A stretch of 64,000 nt of DNA from contig NC_134030.1 in NCBI RefSeq assembly GCF_964204645.1, positions 5,870,778-5,934,777 of the forward strand, given 5' to 3'. The notes beneath the pieces are model-generated. The model was not told the origin of the DNA, did no database searches, and saw nothing but the letters and a program-made list of their open reading frames with translations. Of this stretch, positions 63,401 through 64,000 are shown in pieces. The first letter of the stretch is position 1; the number at the start of each line of letters is the position of its first letter. Both the position numbers and the translations under genes were made by a program. Source of the DNA: Tubulanus polymorphus. Its lineage: Eukaryota; Animalia; Nemertea.

Positions 63401-64000
63401 CGCTTTGATCGAATAAAAGAGACGAAATAGTGCGTTTGACGGACACCCGCTTTCGTCGTAGTATATAGCGCGCGCATGAACACCGTCTTACGCACAGGCG
63501 CAATTAGCCCGTACGTTGCGCGATAATAACGACAACATTATCATAACAATTGACAGGCGTATCAATGCGCCGACCAATGGACATATATGACAACCCGTGA
63601 GTGCCAAAATGAGCAAATAACCTCTGATCATTGCATCGAGAGTAAACAACACTTTATGACTCTCCGTTCGCTGATATTTATCTTGTCAAGTTTTGTCCGA
63701 ATCGTCGAATCTTACAACTTCACGGATTTTCCAAGACGATTTTTTCGCAAACATCTCTAACTTCAAGTGGACTACTAGAATACTGTCATCGATTACAGTA
63801 CTGATATAGAATACTTATCGTTGTATACCAGAACGAAAATCGTCAACGTCTTAGAAGTGACATCGGACTGTTCTTCGTTCGACTTCGTTTCGAAAAGGTC
63901 TTCAAATTTCTTATCGAGACGAAAAACTAGACATCTTTATTCAGAATGAGCGCAGCATTTCCCGATCCTCACTCGGCCCACAGGACGACGTCGTTTTTTA

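Overview
Compact, AT-rich, intron-rich eukaryotic DNA from a bilaterian invertebrate (probably a spiralian; inference). I hand-spliced the genes on GT/GC-AG boundaries with phase checks. In order: the 5' end of eIF3F (-), which is absent from the ORF track and lies head-to-head with a class II POU gene (POU2F/Oct-1/nubbin-like, +); a decayed, 5'-truncated LINE (-) with a MITE inserted into its RT catalytic codons; sorbitol dehydrogenase (+); an ACP7/purple-acid-phosphatase-like gene (+) that lacks six of seven metal ligands but has a TM helix and an ITIM-like tail; an ASIC-type DEG/ENaC channel (-) with His at the normally acidic TM2 18' position; and a 12-CTLD mannose-receptor-like type I membrane lectin (-). 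About 11.5 kb of apparently non-coding DNA follows. The strongest lead is in the lectin gene: two independent pairs of tandem-duplicated, phase-matched exons look mutually exclusive (up to 4 isoforms). One pair swaps the ligand-binding loop of CTLD3, and the intron between those two exons holds four RBFOX UGCAUG elements. Several MITEs, a Penelope-type hammerhead remnant and simple repeats sit in introns and UTRs. All splicing and function claims are predictions from sequence alone.
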